From: Phyllobates terribilis
Taxonomy: Eukaryota
Length of the DNA stretch: 64,000 bases
NCBI RefSeq assembly: GCF_046119375.1
Contig: NW_027362771.1
Span: 293,632,001-293,696,000 of the forward strand
Direction of reading: 5' to 3'
Each line of letters starts with the position of its first letter. Within the stretch, counting starts at the first letter, position 1. The position numbers and the translations under genes are program-made. The notes under the pieces are model-generated. The model did not search any database and had not been told where the DNA came from. It was given only the letters and a program-made list of their open reading frames with translations. This document shows positions 62,398 through 64,000 of the stretch, piece by piece.

Positions 62398-63560
62398 AAC
62401 CCATTACTTGCCAAATTAGCAATTTTCATTTTTTGTTTTTTTTGGACCTAATTGGACCTAATTAGAAAATCTTAGTTGCTAGAAGCAAAAAATTAGGCGT
62501 CCCAAAAAAAGGACATTGGTAGATAATGGGTTAAAAGGCAGAGTCTATGATACTCAAGCCATGATTCGTGGCAAAAATGGGAGTGGTCTTCTGAGAGGTG
62601 GAGCCTACCGGAGCAGTGGTGTGAGCAGTAGAGGTACTATCTGGTTTTGTTATTTTACATTACAGGAATCTATTGGGGTCCACCACCACCAGAAGACCCC
62701 TGTGCCTGTCATTGTTAATCTCCTATGAATGCTGGCTCGTGGCCGGCGTTCATAGGAGATCGTGATTTTTGCTATACAGAGCAGGGCTGAAGCTCTGGTG
62801 TGTGTAGCACAGGCGATCAGATGATCGCTGCTTCAAGGAGACTATTGAAAGTAAAAGTGAAAAAAACAAGTTCAAATCACCCCCCTTTTGCCCCATTTAA
62901 AATAAAACAAAAAAAATAAAATAAAATACACATATTTGGTATCGCTGCATTCAGAAACATCTGATCTACCAAAATATAAAAAGAATTAATCCGATCGGTA
63001 AACGGCGTAACAAGAAAAAGAAATGGCAGAATTACGTTTTTTTGGTTGCCGCAACATTGCAATAAAATACAGTAACAGGTGATCAAAACATCATATCTAC
63101 CCAAAATGATATCAATGAAAACATCAGCTTGGTGCTTAAAAAATAAGCCCTCACCGAGCCCCAGGTCAGGAAAATGAGAATGTTATAGCTCTCGGAAAAT
63201 GGCGACAATTCCAAAAACTTTTTTTCATACAAATTTATGATTTTTTTTTTTCATTTAAATAAAAAATAAACTATACATGTTTGGTATCAGCGTACTCGTA
63301 CTAACCTGGGGAATCATATTGACGGGTCAGTTTTACCATATAATGAACTTGATAAATAAAATGCCCAAAAAAACATTGTGGAATTGCACTTTTTTTGGAT
63401 TTTTTTTTCCGTTTTGAAGTACATTATATGGTTAAATCAATGGTGTCATTCAAATGTACAACTTGTCCCGCAAAACACATGCCCTTACATGGCCATATGG
63501 ACAGAAAAGTAAAAAAAAGTTATGGGGAAGAAGGGAAGGAAAAAAACGGAAAATCCCCCC
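62398..63560 (+). mobile_element. piggyBac-like AT-rich non-autonomous element; boundaries approximate
   Basis: Starts TTAA|CCCATT; internal blocks match the other copies of this family in the window. Confidence 0.5.
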
Positions 63561-64000
63561 TGGGGTGAAGAAGTCAAGAAGGGGTTGTCCAATTCTCGGA
63601 AAATAGAAAATTGGTGTGCGGTGAAATCATGTAGCGAAATAGTAGTAGACATGCTGTTTGATTATGTATTATAATTCATTTCTGGTATTAACCTGTAGCT
63701 TAGCTGCAATACACAGCTTCTTTTTCATTAGTTCACTCATGTTTCTTAGGTAAAAGATACTGTAGCCGGATTGCAATTTTTTTCCATGAAACATTGTATA
63801 GCTTACAGAGGAAATATGAAATATGAGCTTCCAGACAAGTCATGGGTGCTGCAGCCGCCAATAGGGGACACGTGTCAGCCATAAACCAGCGGAGCTGCAT
63901 TGCACTGATCCAAAGGGCAGGTTGCTGGTCAGGACGGACACTTTCTCATATGAGACCCTGACTTGGGAAGCTTTGGGTTGTATAAGTTCTGACTATGGGG

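Noticed and set aside
63995-64000. ATGGGG at the window end as a possible KIN start (MG...)
   Set aside because: Six bases with no CpG-island context cannot support a call.

Overview
Vertebrate genomic DNA, most likely a neobatrachian frog; this is inferred from repeat families recognised from memory and is not verified. Two host genes lie in tandem on the minus strand. ATP5F1C (mitochondrial ATP synthase gamma) is complete: 8 constitutive coding exons from 60118 to 51913, a 33-nt cassette exon at 51579-51611 and a terminal exon from 49505, giving 292 or 293 aa. Downstream is the 5' end of TAF3: exons 1 and 2 only, with intron 2 running more than 34 kb off the left edge. The rest is densely packed with repeats: Tc1/mariner relics, hAT, PIF/Harbinger-like, Kolobok/T2-like and piggyBac-like non-autonomous elements, L1 relics, a solo LTR, SINE pieces, a 74-bp satellite with higher-order structure, a 33-bp VNTR and a 186-N gap. 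I found no CRISPR array, rRNA, tRNA or novel multi-gene system. The most interesting signals are structural. (1) A ~680-bp fold-back palindrome and an inverted hAT pair are both more identical in the middle of their arms than at the ends. (2) Micro-intron-like splice-signal cassettes are shared by unrelated MITE families. (3) A hierarchical satellite beside the TAF3 promoter carries a strong 5' splice site in each unit. (4) The ATP5F1C C-terminal cassette-exon switch is conserved. (5) A young Tc1 derivative encodes only the DNA-binding half of the transposase.
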